A stretch of 64,000 nucleotides of DNA from an uncultured Actinomycetota bacterium (GCA_963775655.1 CAVZJT010000007.1:320846-384845); one strand, 5' to 3'; positions 1-9,649 are shown, counted from the first letter of the stretch. Notes: generated by a model not told the origin, from the letters alone. Program-made: numbers and translations.

Positions 1-419
1 CGTCGCTGTCGGGGGTGCTCGCGGTCGGCGACTGCGCCACCCGCTTCTCCCCGCGGGCCGGGCGCCGGCTGCGGCTCGAGCACTGGGACGACGCGCTGCA
101 CTCGCCCGAGGTGGTCGCCGCCACCCTGCTCGGCGAGGACGCGACGTATGACCCGGTGCCCTACGTGTGGTCCGAGCAGTTCGGCCGCTACGTGCAGTGG
201 GTCGGGTGGCGCACCGGCGACCCGGCCGTCTGGCGGGGCGATCCGGCCGACGGTCAGGGGTGGGCCGCCGGGTGGCTCGACGGGTCGGGGCGGCTCACCG
301 GCTTCCTCGCCGTCGACCGGCAACGCGACCTGCTGCAGGCCCGCAAGCTGATCGCCGCCGGCCGTCAGCCCGATCCGGCCCGGCTCGCCGATCCGGCCGT
401 ACCCGTCCGCGACGCCTGA
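1..419 (+). CDS. FAD-dependent pyridine nucleotide-disulfide (ferredoxin-type) reductase, C-terminal part; 5' end lies outside the window
   Basis: The frame is open from the window edge to the stop at 417-419. The tail (AVGDCA..HWDDA..VPYVWSEQFG..) resembles the C-terminal dimerisation domain of ferredoxin reductases. Confidence 0.65.
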   Translation, partial: SLSGVLAVGDCATRFSPRAGRRLRLEHWDDALHSPEVVAATLLGEDATYDPVPYVWSEQFGRYVQWVGWRTGDPAVWRGDPADGQGWAAGWLDGSGRLTGFLAVDRQRDLLQARKLIAAGRQPDPARLADPAVPVRDA

Positions 420-483
420 ACTGGTCGGAGGGCGGGTCCGGGCGGCCCGACGGGCGTTCCGGGCGCCGTCTTAGGCTGGCCCG

Positions 484-819
484 GTGAGCGAACCGAAGGA
501 GTGGCTGACCCTGGCGGAGGTCGGGGAGCTGCTCGGCCAGTCCCCGAACCAGGTACGCCGGCTCGTCCGCGATCACCACCTCATCGGCCTGCGCCGGGAC
601 CGGGGGCTGGAGGTCCCGGCCGACTTCGTCCTCGACGGCGTGGTGGTCAAGGGCCTGTCCGGGACGCTGGTCCTGCTCTTCGACGCCGGCTACACCGACG
701 AGGAGGCGCTCCGGTGGCTCTACGCCGCCGACGACACGCTTCCCGGCCGGCCGATCGACGCGCTGCGCGAGAACCGCGGCACCGAGGTCCGGCGGCGGGC
801 CCAGGCCGCCGGATTCTGA
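484..819 (+). CDS. Rv2175c-like helix-turn-helix DNA-binding protein
   Basis: 111-aa ORF with a GTG start. The N-terminal WLTLAEVGELLG..VRRLVRD HTH and the C-terminal ..EEALRWL..GRPIDALRE.. are typical of the Rv2175c family. Confidence 0.65.
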   Translation: MSEPKEWLTLAEVGELLGQSPNQVRRLVRDHHLIGLRRDRGLEVPADFVLDGVVVKGLSGTLVLLFDAGYTDEEALRWLYAADDTLPGRPIDALRENRGTEVRRRAQAAGF

Positions 820-835
820 CCGGGCCGGCCGGGCC

Positions 836-1168
836 GTGCGGCTGATCTACCTGGCGCTGCTGGCCGGATGCCTGCTCGTGACCCTGCCGCTCGAGCTGTG
901 GCTGCACACCCGGGTCTATTCGCGGCCCGCCCGCTGGCTCGGCGCGATCCTGCCGCCCGCGGTGATCTTCCTGGGGTGGGATCTGTACGCCGTGGCGCGG
1001 CACCAATGGTGGTACGACCCGGCGCAGACCGTCGGACTGCGGCTGCCCGGCCGGCTCCCGATCGAGGAGGTCGGGTTCTTCCTCGTCGTACCGACCTGCG
1101 CGATCCTCGCCTTCGAGGCGGTACGCGCGGTGACCGGGTGGACCGCGGGCGACGAGGGGGCGCCGTGA
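836..1168 (+). CDS. crtYc: Lycopene cyclase domain protein (heterodimeric cyclase subunit, CrtYc-like)
   Basis: 110-aa polytopic membrane ORF carrying the PIEEVGFF motif of the lycopene-cyclase domain. Its stop overlaps the next start (GTGA at 1165-1168). Confidence 0.8.
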   Translation: MRLIYLALLAGCLLVTLPLELWLHTRVYSRPARWLGAILPPAVIFLGWDLYAVARHQWWYDPAQTVGLRLPGRLPIEEVGFFLVVPTCAILAFEAVRAVTGWTAGDEGAP

Positions 1169-1473
1169 GCTACACCGTGCTCGCGTTCGTCGCGACCGCG
1201 GCCGTGGTGATCGTCGACCTGCTCGTGCTGCGCACCCGGCTGCTGATCCGGCCGATCTTCTGGATCGCGGAGGCGATCGTGCTGGTGTTCCAGCTGATCG
1301 TCAACGGCGTCCTGACCGGTCGCGGCGTCGTCCGCTACAACCCGCACGACATCATCGGCGCGCGGCTTGTGCATGCGCCGATCGAAGACCTCTTCTTCGG
1401 CTTCGCGTTGGTGACACTCACGCTCTCGCTGTGGGTCTGGCTCGGCCGGCGTGCCGCGGCGCGGGCCGGATAG
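1165..1473 (+). CDS. crtYd: Lycopene cyclase domain protein (second subunit, CrtYd-like)
   Basis: GTG at 1165 lies inside ORF 868..1473. The product is a membrane protein with the PIEDLFFGF motif and is translationally coupled to the preceding subunit. Confidence 0.75.
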   Translation: MSYTVLAFVATAAVVIVDLLVLRTRLLIRPIFWIAEAIVLVFQLIVNGVLTGRGVVRYNPHDIIGARLVHAPIEDLFFGFALVTLTLSLWVWLGRRAAARAG

Positions 1474-1512
1474 GTGTTGCCTCGGCGCGGCCGGGTCGAC
1501 AAAGATCGCGCC

Positions 1513-1867
1513 ATGGCGAGCAGCTGGTACACCGTGGTCATCGATTCGCACGACATCCACGCGCAGGCGCGCTTCTGGGCGGAGGTCCTCGGCTACGACA
1601 TCGTCTTCGAGATCGAGGAAGAGGTCGCCGTCGCGAAGAACGACCACACCTACCCGGGTCTGGTCTTCGTCCCGGTGCCCGACGACGAAGACGATCAAAA
1701 ACCGGCTGCACATCGACCTCAATCCCGACGACCAGAACGCCGAAGTGGAGCGGCTCCTGGCCCTCGGTGCCACCCGCGCGGATGTCGGGCAGGGCGACAA
1801 GCCCTGGGTCGTGCTGGCCGACCCAGAAGGCAACGAGTTCTGCGTGCTCACGGCTCGCGATCGGTAA
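1513..1867 (+). pseudogene. VOC/glyoxalase-like family protein, reading frame broken once (about 1675-1700)
   Basis: The N-terminal half (MASSWYTVVIDSHDIHAQARFWAEVLGYDIV..) is in frame 1. The C-terminal half (..KNRLHIDLNPDDQNAEVERLLALGATR..WVVLADPEGNEFCV) is in frame 2. The switch lies near the A5 run at 1695-1699 and behaves as one extra base. Confidence 0.6.
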
Positions 1868-3896
1868 CCGCCACCATCTGGTGCCCGTCGATCCGCGGAA
1901 CGGTGAAGTCGACGCGCGATCCGTTTTGGCGGAACGGCAGATCGACGCCCTGCGGCTCGAGTCGGATGCTTTTGGCCGCCGTGGTGGTGCGCAGTGACAC
2001 GTCCACGTCGAAGAGCGGCAGCACGTCTTCCACCGTGTCGAACTCCGTACCCCGCCGTTCGGGGATGTAGTGCAGCAGGTGCACGACGTCACGCTGCTGC
2101 TGCGGCTGGCTGGTCACCGACACCTCGAGCGTGCTCGGACCGTCGTGCCGAAGCACGGGATCAGGCAGCAGCAGTCCGATCGCAGCGAGGAAGGCGGTCT
2201 TGATCCATCGCGGCGCGTTGGTCTCGTACTGCGTGTGGATCGGATGACAGAAATAGACCACGCGGCCGCGCCGGATCACGGCGGGTCCGGCGGTCTCGCC
2301 GGTCGACGGGGCCTGCAGGTGGGAGATGTAGTGCTCCCAGGTGCGGTCGAAGTAAGGCAGCACGAGGTCGGCGAGGACCTCCGTGTCGGGGCCGGCGGTA
2401 ACGTCGAGACCGCGGATGTACATCGGATGCTCGACCGCGGGCAGCCGGTCGGTGAGCGCGGGTCGCGGCCGGAGGTATTGGCAGAAGTCGTGCCGGGCGT
2501 AGACCTTTCCGCGGGCCGGCTCGCCGCGGGAGTCGCGCGGGCCGTCGGACTCGACCTGGACGCCCCACTCGTCCAGGGCGAAGTCGTCCCGCTCGACCGC
2601 CAGTCCCGACTCGTAGCTGGCGACGACTGATCCGCCGTCGTCCAGGAAGCGGCGGAGCTTCGCCGCGAGGTCGGGCGTCAGCCGGATGTGGTCGGGCAGG
2701 ACCAGTAGCCGGTAGCGGGCCAGGTCGGCGGCGGAGTCGATGACGTCGAACTGGTGACCGCCCTCGACGAGCATCCGGACCGCACCCTGGATGCCCGGTG
2801 GCAGGTTCAGCACTCCGCCGCCGAGGTTTTCCTCCGGGTTGAAGACGCCGATGTCCACCCGGGGAAGGGCTTGCGCGCACCACGGCTCCTTGCGCTCCAC
2901 CTGGGCGTAGACGTCGCCGACGACCCGGTAGGTCTCCGGATCGAGCACGCCTCTCGGGTGCAGCTGGTCGCCGATCGAACATCCCGCGCCCTGGGCGAGC
3001 ATCCGGAACACCTCGTACTCCAGGGCCGCGGGGTTTTTCGTGGAATGGAAGTCGCCCCACGTCGTGTGGAACTTGCCGGTGGTGCCGACCACGTCCGGGC
3101 CGAGGGTCCGCGCGTAGCGCCCGGTGACCGGGAAGTACATGTAGCCCCAGCCGCCGCTCGGCAGCGTCTCGAGCTCGAACTGGGTGTACGCCGCGGCGAC
3201 CGTGCGGTGCCGGAGACCTATGTGGCCGCCGTTGTAGGTCACCGGACAGCCGGGTTGGATCGACCGGACGAAGGCCGAGAGTTCGAGTTCGAAGTCGTTG
3301 ACGGTCTCCACGCCGAACTGCTCCACCCGGCGGGCGTCGGACGGATCCCATCCGCGGTCGCGCATTCCCTGCTGGCAGTAGCCGCACACGCAGTGGTCGG
3401 GGCGGATGAAGTCGAAATACAGTCCGTCGACCGGGAGCGAGGCGAGGATCTCCGCCGCGTGCTCCTTCATGAAGTCGCGGAACGGCGAGTTCAGGCACAG
3501 CTTGCGGTAGAAACCGGCTTCGAACGGCGGGGTTCCCTCGAGTCGACCATCGGCCAGCACGATTCGCCATTCGGGGTGCGCCTTCACGGTCAGGTCGTCC
3601 CATTGCACCGTCGTGTAGATCGGCACCCGGATCCCCAGTGCGTGGCAGGCGGCGATCTGCTCGACGAGCAACGGGCGATCGAGCGTCGGATGCTTGCGGT
3701 CGGCAAGGTGCGCGCTGTCGTAGTAGACCCAACCGTGGTGGCAGCGGGCGAAACACAGCACGGAGTTGACGTGCGCGTCGGCCAGGGTCTTCGCGAATCC
3801 GGCCGGATCGAAGTCCGCTCCGACGTCGGGGATGAGGCCGGAGGTATGGAAGTCGAGGTGGATCTGCCGGAGAACGGTGGATGACGAGGCTGGCAC
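1848..3896 (-). CDS. Putative glycoside hydrolase (GHL6-type TIM-barrel N-domain plus beta-galactosidase-trimerisation-like domain)
   Basis: 682-aa ORF with a GTG start at 3896. The N-terminus (IHLDFHTS..NSVLCFARCHHGWVYYDS..HP..) and the cysteine-containing stretch CVCGYC recall the hypothetical glycosyl hydrolase 6 family. Confidence 0.55.
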   Translation of the reverse strand: MPASSSTVLRQIHLDFHTSGLIPDVGADFDPAGFAKTLADAHVNSVLCFARCHHGWVYYDSAHLADRKHPTLDRPLLVEQIAACHALGIRVPIYTTVQWDDLTVKAHPEWRIVLADGRLEGTPPFEAGFYRKLCLNSPFRDFMKEHAAEILASLPVDGLYFDFIRPDHCVCGYCQQGMRDRGWDPSDARRVEQFGVETVNDFELELSAFVRSIQPGCPVTYNGGHIGLRHRTVAAAYTQFELETLPSGGWGYMYFPVTGRYARTLGPDVVGTTGKFHTTWGDFHSTKNPAALEYEVFRMLAQGAGCSIGDQLHPRGVLDPETYRVVGDVYAQVERKEPWCAQALPRVDIGVFNPEENLGGGVLNLPPGIQGAVRMLVEGGHQFDVIDSAADLARYRLLVLPDHIRLTPDLAAKLRRFLDDGGSVVASYESGLAVERDDFALDEWGVQVESDGPRDSRGEPARGKVYARHDFCQYLRPRPALTDRLPAVEHPMYIRGLDVTAGPDTEVLADLVLPYFDRTWEHYISHLQAPSTGETAGPAVIRRGRVVYFCHPIHTQYETNAPRWIKTAFLAAIGLLLPDPVLRHDGPSTLEVSVTSQPQQQRDVVHLLHYIPERRGTEFDTVEDVLPLFDVDVSLRTTTAAKSIRLEPQGVDLPFRQNGSRVDFTVPRIDGHQMVAVTDREP

Positions 3897-4112
3897 GGCG
3901 GCACTCCTTCGCGGCTTGCGTCACTCCTCGCAAACCGTGGCGCAGCGAGGTACCGCACAGATGCTATGGGCGTTAGATTTCCCGGACAAGAACGCGCCGG
4001 GCGCCGGGTCCGGGCTCGGAGGGCGGATCGGTGATGCAGGCGGAGGAGCGCGCCGAGCGTGCGCTCGAGGCGCGGCGGGCCACCGTCGTACTGAATCGCC
4101 GCGACGTCGATC

Positions 4113-4355
4113 GTGCAGGACGTTCGGGTCGTCGCGGCCGGGCGCGATCCTTCGGAACTGTCCGCGGCCGGGATCCGGCGGCTGCCGTCGTCGGCTGCGG
4201 AGGCGCTGGATCATCTCTCCGCGTCCGGCATCCTGCGCGACGCCATGGGCGACCCGCTCTTCGAGGCCTTCCTCGCCGTACGCCGGGCCGAGATCGACGC
4301 GGCGGCCGAACGGAGCCCGGAGGACGTGGTCGCCGCCACGAGGTGGCGTTACTGA
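4113..4355 (+). pseudogene. Remnant of the last ~75 codons of a glutamine-synthetase-family gene
   Basis: Translation ..GIRRLPSSAAEALDHLSASGILRDAMGDPLFEAFLAVRRAEIDA..SPEDVVAATRWRY* matches only the extreme C-terminus of GlnA-family proteins. An in-frame stop at 4092-4094 and the divergent gene at 3896 leave no room for the catalytic domain. Confidence 0.55.
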
Positions 4356-5491
4356 TGACCGGACCGGTGCACCGGCTGCGGGCGCACCTCGACGAGATGC
4401 GACTCGTCGACCACCACACGCACAGCGTCGTGCGCGCAGACCTCGACCGGACCGGTCTGGAGGCTATGCTCACCGAGGCGCACGTCCCGGGCCCGGCGGT
4501 CTTCGACTCCCCGCTCGGCGTCGCGGTACGCCGGTGGTGCGCGCCGGTGCTCGATCTACCGGCACACGCCGATGCCACGGCCTACGTCGAGCGGCGGGCG
4601 GCGCTGGGACGTTCCGAGGTGACCCGGCGGATGCTGCGTGCCGGCGGCCTCGACACGCTGATCGTCGACGTCGGCTTCCGACCGGACGAACTGCTCGATC
4701 CGGCGTCGCTCGGAGACGCCGCGGGTGCCGCGGTGCACGAAGTGGTGCGGGTCGAGGGCGTGGCCGAGGAGCTGGCTCGCGCCGGCATACCGGCCCGGCA
4801 GTTCGCCGCGTCCTACCGCGATCTGCTCCGGGTACGGAGCGCCGACGCCGTGGGACTGAAAACGATCGCCGCCTACCGGACCGGTCTCGACGTACCCGCT
4901 CTCCGGCCGACCGACGCCGAGGTGCGCGGTGCGGCGGAACGTTGGCTGTCCACAGTGGACGCCTCCGGCGTCGCGCGGCTCGACGATGCGACGCTGATCG
5001 GATTCGCCTGGTGGAGCGCCGTCGACACCGGGCTGCCACTGCAGGTCCACACCGGCTTCGGTGATCCGGACGAGACGCTGCGCCGCGCCGATCCGGCCTG
5101 CATGCAGGAATTTCTCGACTCATCCGCGGCGGTCGGGACGCCGATCGTCCTGCTGCACTGCTACCCCTACCACCGGCAGGCCGCCTACCTCGCGCATGTC
5201 TACCCGCACGTCTACTTCGACGTCGGACTGGCGACCAACTACATCGGTGCGTCGGCGCGCACCGTCATCGCCGAGGCGATGGAACTCGCGCCGTACGGCA
5301 AGTTCCTCTACTCCTCGGATGCCTTCGGCCTGCCGGAGCTGCACTATCTCGGTGCGGTGCTCTTCCGTCGTTCCCTCGCCGAGGTACTCGGCGGCTGGGT
5401 CGACGCCGGCGACATGACTGTCGACGACGCGCTGCGCTACGCCGACCTGATCGGTGCCGGCACCGCCCGCACGCTCTACCGCCTCCCGTAA
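4355..5491 (+). CDS. Amidohydrolase family protein (amidohydrolase_2-like)
   Basis: ATG at 4355 overlaps the stop of the GS remnant (TGATG). The sequence MRLVDHHTH..LQVHTGFGD..LLHCYPY..YFDV.. is metal-dependent-hydrolase-like. The upstream part of ORF 4031..5491 is Arg/Gly-rich junk. Confidence 0.7.
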   Translation: MTGPVHRLRAHLDEMRLVDHHTHSVVRADLDRTGLEAMLTEAHVPGPAVFDSPLGVAVRRWCAPVLDLPAHADATAYVERRAALGRSEVTRRMLRAGGLDTLIVDVGFRPDELLDPASLGDAAGAAVHEVVRVEGVAEELARAGIPARQFAASYRDLLRVRSADAVGLKTIAAYRTGLDVPALRPTDAEVRGAAERWLSTVDASGVARLDDATLIGFAWWSAVDTGLPLQVHTGFGDPDETLRRADPACMQEFLDSSAAVGTPIVLLHCYPYHRQAAYLAHVYPHVYFDVGLATNYIGASARTVIAEAMELAPYGKFLYSSDAFGLPELHYLGAVLFRRSLAEVLGGWVDAGDMTVDDALRYADLIGAGTARTLYRLP

Positions 5492-5500
5492 CCCGCCCCG

Positions 5501-5521
5501 CTCCTCCTCCTCCTCCTCCTC
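5501..5521. repeat. (CTC)7 trinucleotide microsatellite
   Basis: Seven perfect CTC units read directly, abutting the hairpin at 5523. Confidence 0.9.
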
Positions 5522-5522
5522 C

Positions 5523-5581
5523 CCATGATCAAGAGGGGATTCCGGTACGAAACGCCGTACGAAATCCCCTCTTGATCATGG
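5523..5581. repeat. Long palindrome, family 2 (CCATGATC..GATCATGG), between convergent genes
   Basis: Perfect 19-nt arms CCATGATCAAGAGGGGATT / AATCCCCTCTTGATCATGG around a 21-nt loop containing CGAAACGCCGTACG. It is related to the element at 50721-50798. Confidence 0.85.
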
Positions 5582-5599
5582 AGGTTTGAAGAGGGGGAG

Positions 5600-6541
5600 T
5601 CAGGCTCGGCGGGCGAGGTAGGCGCGGGCGGCGGACGGCAGGCCGACGGCGAGGCGACGCCGGGCCGGAATGGTGACCCGGCCGGTCAGCACCTGGTAAT
5701 CGGCGCGCTCGATCTCGTCGAGAATGCCGCCGTACAGAAGGAATGCGGCGCGTACGCAGTCACGGCTGTCGGCGTGTAGCAGCCGGATGCCCGGTTCGGC
5801 GGCGCGGTAGATCTCCCGGGTGCGCGCGATCTCGTGGGCGAGCAGCCGTCGCACCGGTCCGTCGACGACGCCGCGGACCAGGTGTTCGCGATCCACGCCG
5901 AACAGCGCCATGTCCTCGGCGGGAAGGTAGACGCGCCCGCGCTGGAGGTCTTCGCCGACGTCGCGGAGGAAGTTGGTGAGCTGGAACGCCCGGCCGAGAT
6001 CGGCGGCGTACGGCGCAGCGACCTCGCGGTCGGTCGTCGTCCCGAGCACGGGGAGCACGAGCAGGCCGATCACCGCCGCTGATCCCCACATGTACCCGGC
6101 GAGATCGTCATAGGTCGGGTAGCCGGCGACGGTGAGGTCGGTGCGCATCGAGTCGAGGAAGTCGGCGACATAGGCGGCCGGCAGGTCGAATCGGCGCATC
6201 GTGTCTCGTACGGCGCGCACCACCGGCGCGGCGCCGTGCTCGGATCCGCCGTCGGGCCCGGCGGATCCGACGACCTGATCGTGCAGGGTCTGCAACCGGG
6301 CGGCAGCCGACGCGACCTCGGGGTCACCGGCCCGGGTCGGGCCGAGCTGGTCGACGAGATCGTCGGCGTAGCGGGCGAAGCCGTAGAGCGCATGCACGTA
6401 AGGTCGCTTCGCCGGCGGCAGCAGCCGGGTGGCGAGGTAATACGTCCGGCCGTGCGTGGCATGCAGCCGCCGGCAGGCGGCGTACGCCGACCGCAGCGAT
6501 TCGCCGCGGATGCCGGCTGCGTCGAGCTCGCGGCCGGTCAC
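5600..6541 (-). CDS. crtB: Phytoene synthase
   Basis: The sequence ..HGRTYYLATRLLP..YGFARYADDLVD..FQLTNFLRDVGEDL..GRVYLP.. shows squalene/phytoene synthase signatures. GTG at 6541 overlaps the upstream stop (GTGA). The longer ORF extending to 6895 overlaps the upstream gene. Confidence 0.85.
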   Translation of the reverse strand: MTGRELDAAGIRGESLRSAYAACRRLHATHGRTYYLATRLLPPAKRPYVHALYGFARYADDLVDQLGPTRAGDPEVASAAARLQTLHDQVVGSAGPDGGSEHGAAPVVRAVRDTMRRFDLPAAYVADFLDSMRTDLTVAGYPTYDDLAGYMWGSAAVIGLLVLPVLGTTTDREVAAPYAADLGRAFQLTNFLRDVGEDLQRGRVYLPAEDMALFGVDREHLVRGVVDGPVRRLLAHEIARTREIYRAAEPGIRLLHADSRDCVRAAFLLYGGILDEIERADYQVLTGRVTIPARRRLAVGLPSAARAYLARRA

Positions 6542-8028
6542 GATCGGCTCACCGGCCGCGGCACGATCCCGTCCGCCCGACCCAGAGGCACCGACGCGGA
6601 CGGACCGGACGCCGACCTCAGGACGACGACGGTCGCGACCACAGCCGCGACCGTGGTCGCGATCAGCGTGGCCGGCCGGTCGTACAACGTCGCGCCCTGC
6701 GGGGTGATCAGCATCGACATCGCCACGCTGACCCCGGCGATGACTGCGATGACACCGCCCGGCAGGCTGAGCGCCGCGGCGACCGCGAAGGGCCAGACCA
6801 GATACCACGGCTGCACGATCGGGCCGAGCAGGACGACCGCGAGCAGCGCCAGGGCGAGCGCGCGCAGCACCCCGATCCGCTGAGCGAACGCCCACAACCC
6901 CAGGCTCACCACGCCCGCCACCACCTGGCCCGCCGTACGGAACGCCGCGACCACGCTCTCCCGGTGATCACCGGCACCGAACAGCCGGCCGATCAGATCG
7001 GCGAGCAGCCCGAGCCCGCTCGACACCGACACCCAGGTGATCAAGGCGCCCGGCGTCGTCAACCCATCGAGCCACCCCACACCGAGACCGCTGAGCAGGG
7101 TCACGATCGTGAACACGATCACCGAGACCACGACCACCCGGGCCAGGGCACGCCACCAGCGGTGCGCGCCCTCGAGCCGGGCCGCCCACAGCGGCACACA
7201 GAACGCCACCACGAGGCCGATCGGCGCCTTGACCGCGACACCGAGCGTCGCGATCGCCACCCCGGCGACGCCGTGGCCCTCCGCGACGAGTGCGAGGCCG
7301 GCGATCGCGAGCCCGAGCATCAGCGCGTCGTTGTGACCGCCGGACACGAAATGCAGCAGCAGCAACGGATTCGCGACGCCGAGCCAGAGGGCGACCCGCG
7401 GGTCGCCACCGCACGATGCGGCGAGCCTGGGCAGGTAACGTGCCAGCAGCAGTACGCCGAGCACCGACAGCAGCCGCATGACCTCGGCGGTGAGGATGAC
7501 GTGGTCGCCGGTGATTGCCGCGACGCCCCGCCCCACCATCAGCCACAGCGGTCCGTACGGGGCTGGTGTGTCGACCCAGATCCGCTGCACCTGGTCGAGG
7601 TACGGCCCGGACAGGACGTCGGGTCCGACCCGGTAGGGATCGAGCCCGGCATGGGTCAGGTGGGCCTGCGCGGCGTAGCTCCACACGTCGCGGCTGAACA
7701 GCGGGACGGAGAGCAGCAGCGGTGTGCCCCACCAGGCACAGGTCGCCAACAGCGCGCCGGGGGTCGTGCCCGGATCCCGTCGGCGTACGGCGCGACCCAG
7801 ATACAGCCACGCCAGGCCGAGTGTCGCGACGCCCGCGTAGACCAGCGTGAGGGCGATCTGTGGTCCCACGCCGTGCCGGAGCAGGCCGAGGATCGGCCAG
7901 TGCGCCGTGGGATCGGTCACCGGCAGGGCACCCGCGCCGTAGGAGCCGACGACCGCGAGCAGGACTCCGACGAACCCCGCCCAGCGGGCGCGCAGCGCGA
8001 GCGAGCCGGTGTGGTCGGGTTGGTTCAT
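6538..8028 (-). CDS. Polytopic GT-C type membrane protein resembling polyprenol-phosphate-mannose dependent alpha-1,6-mannosyltransferase MptB
   Basis: 497 aa from ATG 8028, with more than 10 predicted TM helices. It carries the motif [26 protein letters not shown], typical of MptB/DUF2029-like glycosyltransferases. It has 4-nt overlaps with crtI (ATGA) and crtB (GTGA). Confidence 0.55.
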   Translation of the reverse strand: MNQPDHTGSLALRARWAGFVGVLLAVVGSYGAGALPVTDPTAHWPILGLLRHGVGPQIALTLVYAGVATLGLAWLYLGRAVRRRDPGTTPGALLATCAWWGTPLLLSVPLFSRDVWSYAAQAHLTHAGLDPYRVGPDVLSGPYLDQVQRIWVDTPAPYGPLWLMVGRGVAAITGDHVILTAEVMRLLSVLGVLLLARYLPRLAASCGGDPRVALWLGVANPLLLLHFVSGGHNDALMLGLAIAGLALVAEGHGVAGVAIATLGVAVKAPIGLVVAFCVPLWAARLEGAHRWWRALARVVVVSVIVFTIVTLLSGLGVGWLDGLTTPGALITWVSVSSGLGLLADLIGRLFGAGDHRESVVAAFRTAGQVVAGVVSLGLWAFAQRIGVLRALALALLAVVLLGPIVQPWYLVWPFAVAAALSLPGGVIAVIAGVSVAMSMLITPQGATLYDRPATLIATTVAAVVATVVVLRSASGPSASVPLGRADGIVPRPVSRS

Positions 8029-9521
8029 GGTCGGGTGGAGCCGGCGCCGACGATCCGTTCGGCGGCCAGCCGTCCGGAGATCACCACCATGGGTACGCCG
8101 ACGCCCGGAGTGGTCCAGCCGCCCGCGAAGACGACGTTGTCCAGGCCAGGCACGAGGTTGGCGGACCGGAACGGGCCCGTCTGTGCGGGCGTGTGGGCGG
8201 CGGCGAACGGTGTCCCGGCGGTGAGCCCGTCGGCCGCCCAGTCGGCCGGGGTCACCAACCGCTCGACCTCGATGGCGTCGCCGAATCCGGTGTAGCCGCG
8301 GGCCTGCAGCGTCGCGACGAGTTCGTCGCGGTAGCGCGGGCCGACGACCGACCAGTCCAGCCCGGATTCGGCATTGGGCACCGGAGCGAGGACGTAGTAG
8401 GACTGGCGTCCGTCCGGGGCCAGGGACGGATCGGTCCGGCTGGGGTTGGTGACCAGCAGCGAAGGGTCGCTCATCAACCGGTGCTCGCCGATCAGCTCGT
8501 CGAACGTCGTACGCCACGACTGTCCGAAGTGGACGTTGTGGTGCGCGGTCTGCGGGTAGTGCGCCGACGAGCCGACGTTCAGCACCACGCACGACGGCGC
8601 CGCGCGCAGCCGTTCGACTCCGCCCGGCGTCGGATGGTCGGCGAGCAGATTGCGGTATGCACCAGGCAGATCGCCGGCCAGGACCACCGCGTCGGCGATC
8701 AGCCGCTCGCCGTCGGTGGTGTGGACCGCGCGGGCCCGGCCACCCGCGAGCTCGACCCGCGACACCGTCGTGCCGTAGCGGAACGTCACGCCGTGCTTGG
8801 TCGCCGCACCGGCGAGCGCGAGCGGCACCTCGTGCATCCCGCCGCGCGGAAAGGAAACGCCGTTGACCGTGTCGAGATAGGAGATCACGGCGTAGAGGGC
8901 CAGGGCGCGGTACGGCGAAAGACCGGCGTAGAGGGCCTGGAAGGTGAACATCCGCCGGATACGCGGGTCGCGGATGAATCGACGTACCGCGGGATCGAGC
9001 CGGCGCAGGCCCCCGAGCGCGACCAACCGGGCGAGCGACGGCCGCAGCAGGTCGAGCGCCGAGTCGAGGTTGCGGTCGATGAAGTCGCGCCGTTGCGCTC
9101 GATAGAGGGCCGTCAGCCAGCCGACGAGGCGGCGATAGCCATCGGCGTCGCGCTGCCCGGCCAGCCGCGCGATCTCCGCGGCGGTGGCGCCGACGTCGGT
9201 GAAGATGTCGAGCCGCTCACCGTCGGGGAAGAAGCCGCGGTACACGGGGGAGAGCGGGACGAGATCGAGCCAGTCCTCGAGCGATTCGCCGACGCAGCCC
9301 AGCGTGTCGGCCAGCAGGTCGGGCATCGTGAGCACGGTCGGCCCGGTGTCGAAGACGTAACCGTCGAGCCGCAGCCGGCCGGCCACCCCGCCGGGCTGCT
9401 CGCGCCGCTCGATCACCGTGACCTCACGGCCCGCGCCGGCCAGGCGCAGCGCCGCCGACAGACCCGCCAGTCCGGCGCCGACGACGACCACGCGATCGGT
9501 CGGCCCACTGACGGTACGCAC
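8025..9521 (-). CDS. crtI: Phytoene desaturase
   Basis: GTG at 9521 is followed by the dinucleotide-binding motif [14 protein letters not shown]. The body shows CrtI-like features ([26 protein letters not shown]..). Confidence 0.85.
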   Translation of the reverse strand: MRTVSGPTDRVVVVGAGLAGLSAALRLAGAGREVTVIERREQPGGVAGRLRLDGYVFDTGPTVLTMPDLLADTLGCVGESLEDWLDLVPLSPVYRGFFPDGERLDIFTDVGATAAEIARLAGQRDADGYRRLVGWLTALYRAQRRDFIDRNLDSALDLLRPSLARLVALGGLRRLDPAVRRFIRDPRIRRMFTFQALYAGLSPYRALALYAVISYLDTVNGVSFPRGGMHEVPLALAGAATKHGVTFRYGTTVSRVELAGGRARAVHTTDGERLIADAVVLAGDLPGAYRNLLADHPTPGGVERLRAAPSCVVLNVGSSAHYPQTAHHNVHFGQSWRTTFDELIGEHRLMSDPSLLVTNPSRTDPSLAPDGRQSYYVLAPVPNAESGLDWSVVGPRYRDELVATLQARGYTGFGDAIEVERLVTPADWAADGLTAGTPFAAAHTPAQTGPFRSANLVPGLDNVVFAGGWTTPGVGVPMVVISGRLAAERIVGAGSTRP

Positions 9522-9622
9522 CCGCGAAAGCCTACGGCCGCCGTACTCGCGCCCCGACAAGGCACCGGCGCCCGGCCACCCCTCGACCCGTCCTCGACCA
9601 TCCCCTCGACCCGGTCGCTTGA

Positions 9623-9649
9623 CCAAAACGCACTCCTAGTGCGTTTTGG
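9623..9649. repeat. 27-bp perfect palindrome CCAAAACGCACT-CCT-AGTGCGTTTTGG in the crtI/metF divergent spacer
   Basis: Read directly: 12-bp arms around a 3-nt centre. Confidence 0.85.

Noticed and set aside
1690-1702. Programmed ribosomal frameshift at the A5 run in the VOC gene
   Set aside because: The sequence GATCAAAAACCGG is not an X-XXY-YYZ slippery heptamer. No downstream stimulatory structure is evident. Twelve other breaks of the same polarity occur at non-slippery sites, so an insertion error is the simpler explanation.
4031-4354. N-terminal extension of the amidohydrolase ORF (486 aa as listed)
   Set aside because: The extension is Arg/Gly-rich with no homology-like features, and it overlaps the GS-remnant frame. 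The ATG at 4355 with a TGATG junction gives a normal-length protein.
5600-6895. Long 431-aa version of the phytoene synthase ORF
   Set aside because: The first ~117 residues are Arg/Gly/Ala junk overlapping the 3' end of the MptB-like gene. The GTG at 6541 with a GTGA junction gives a canonical ~314-aa CrtB.
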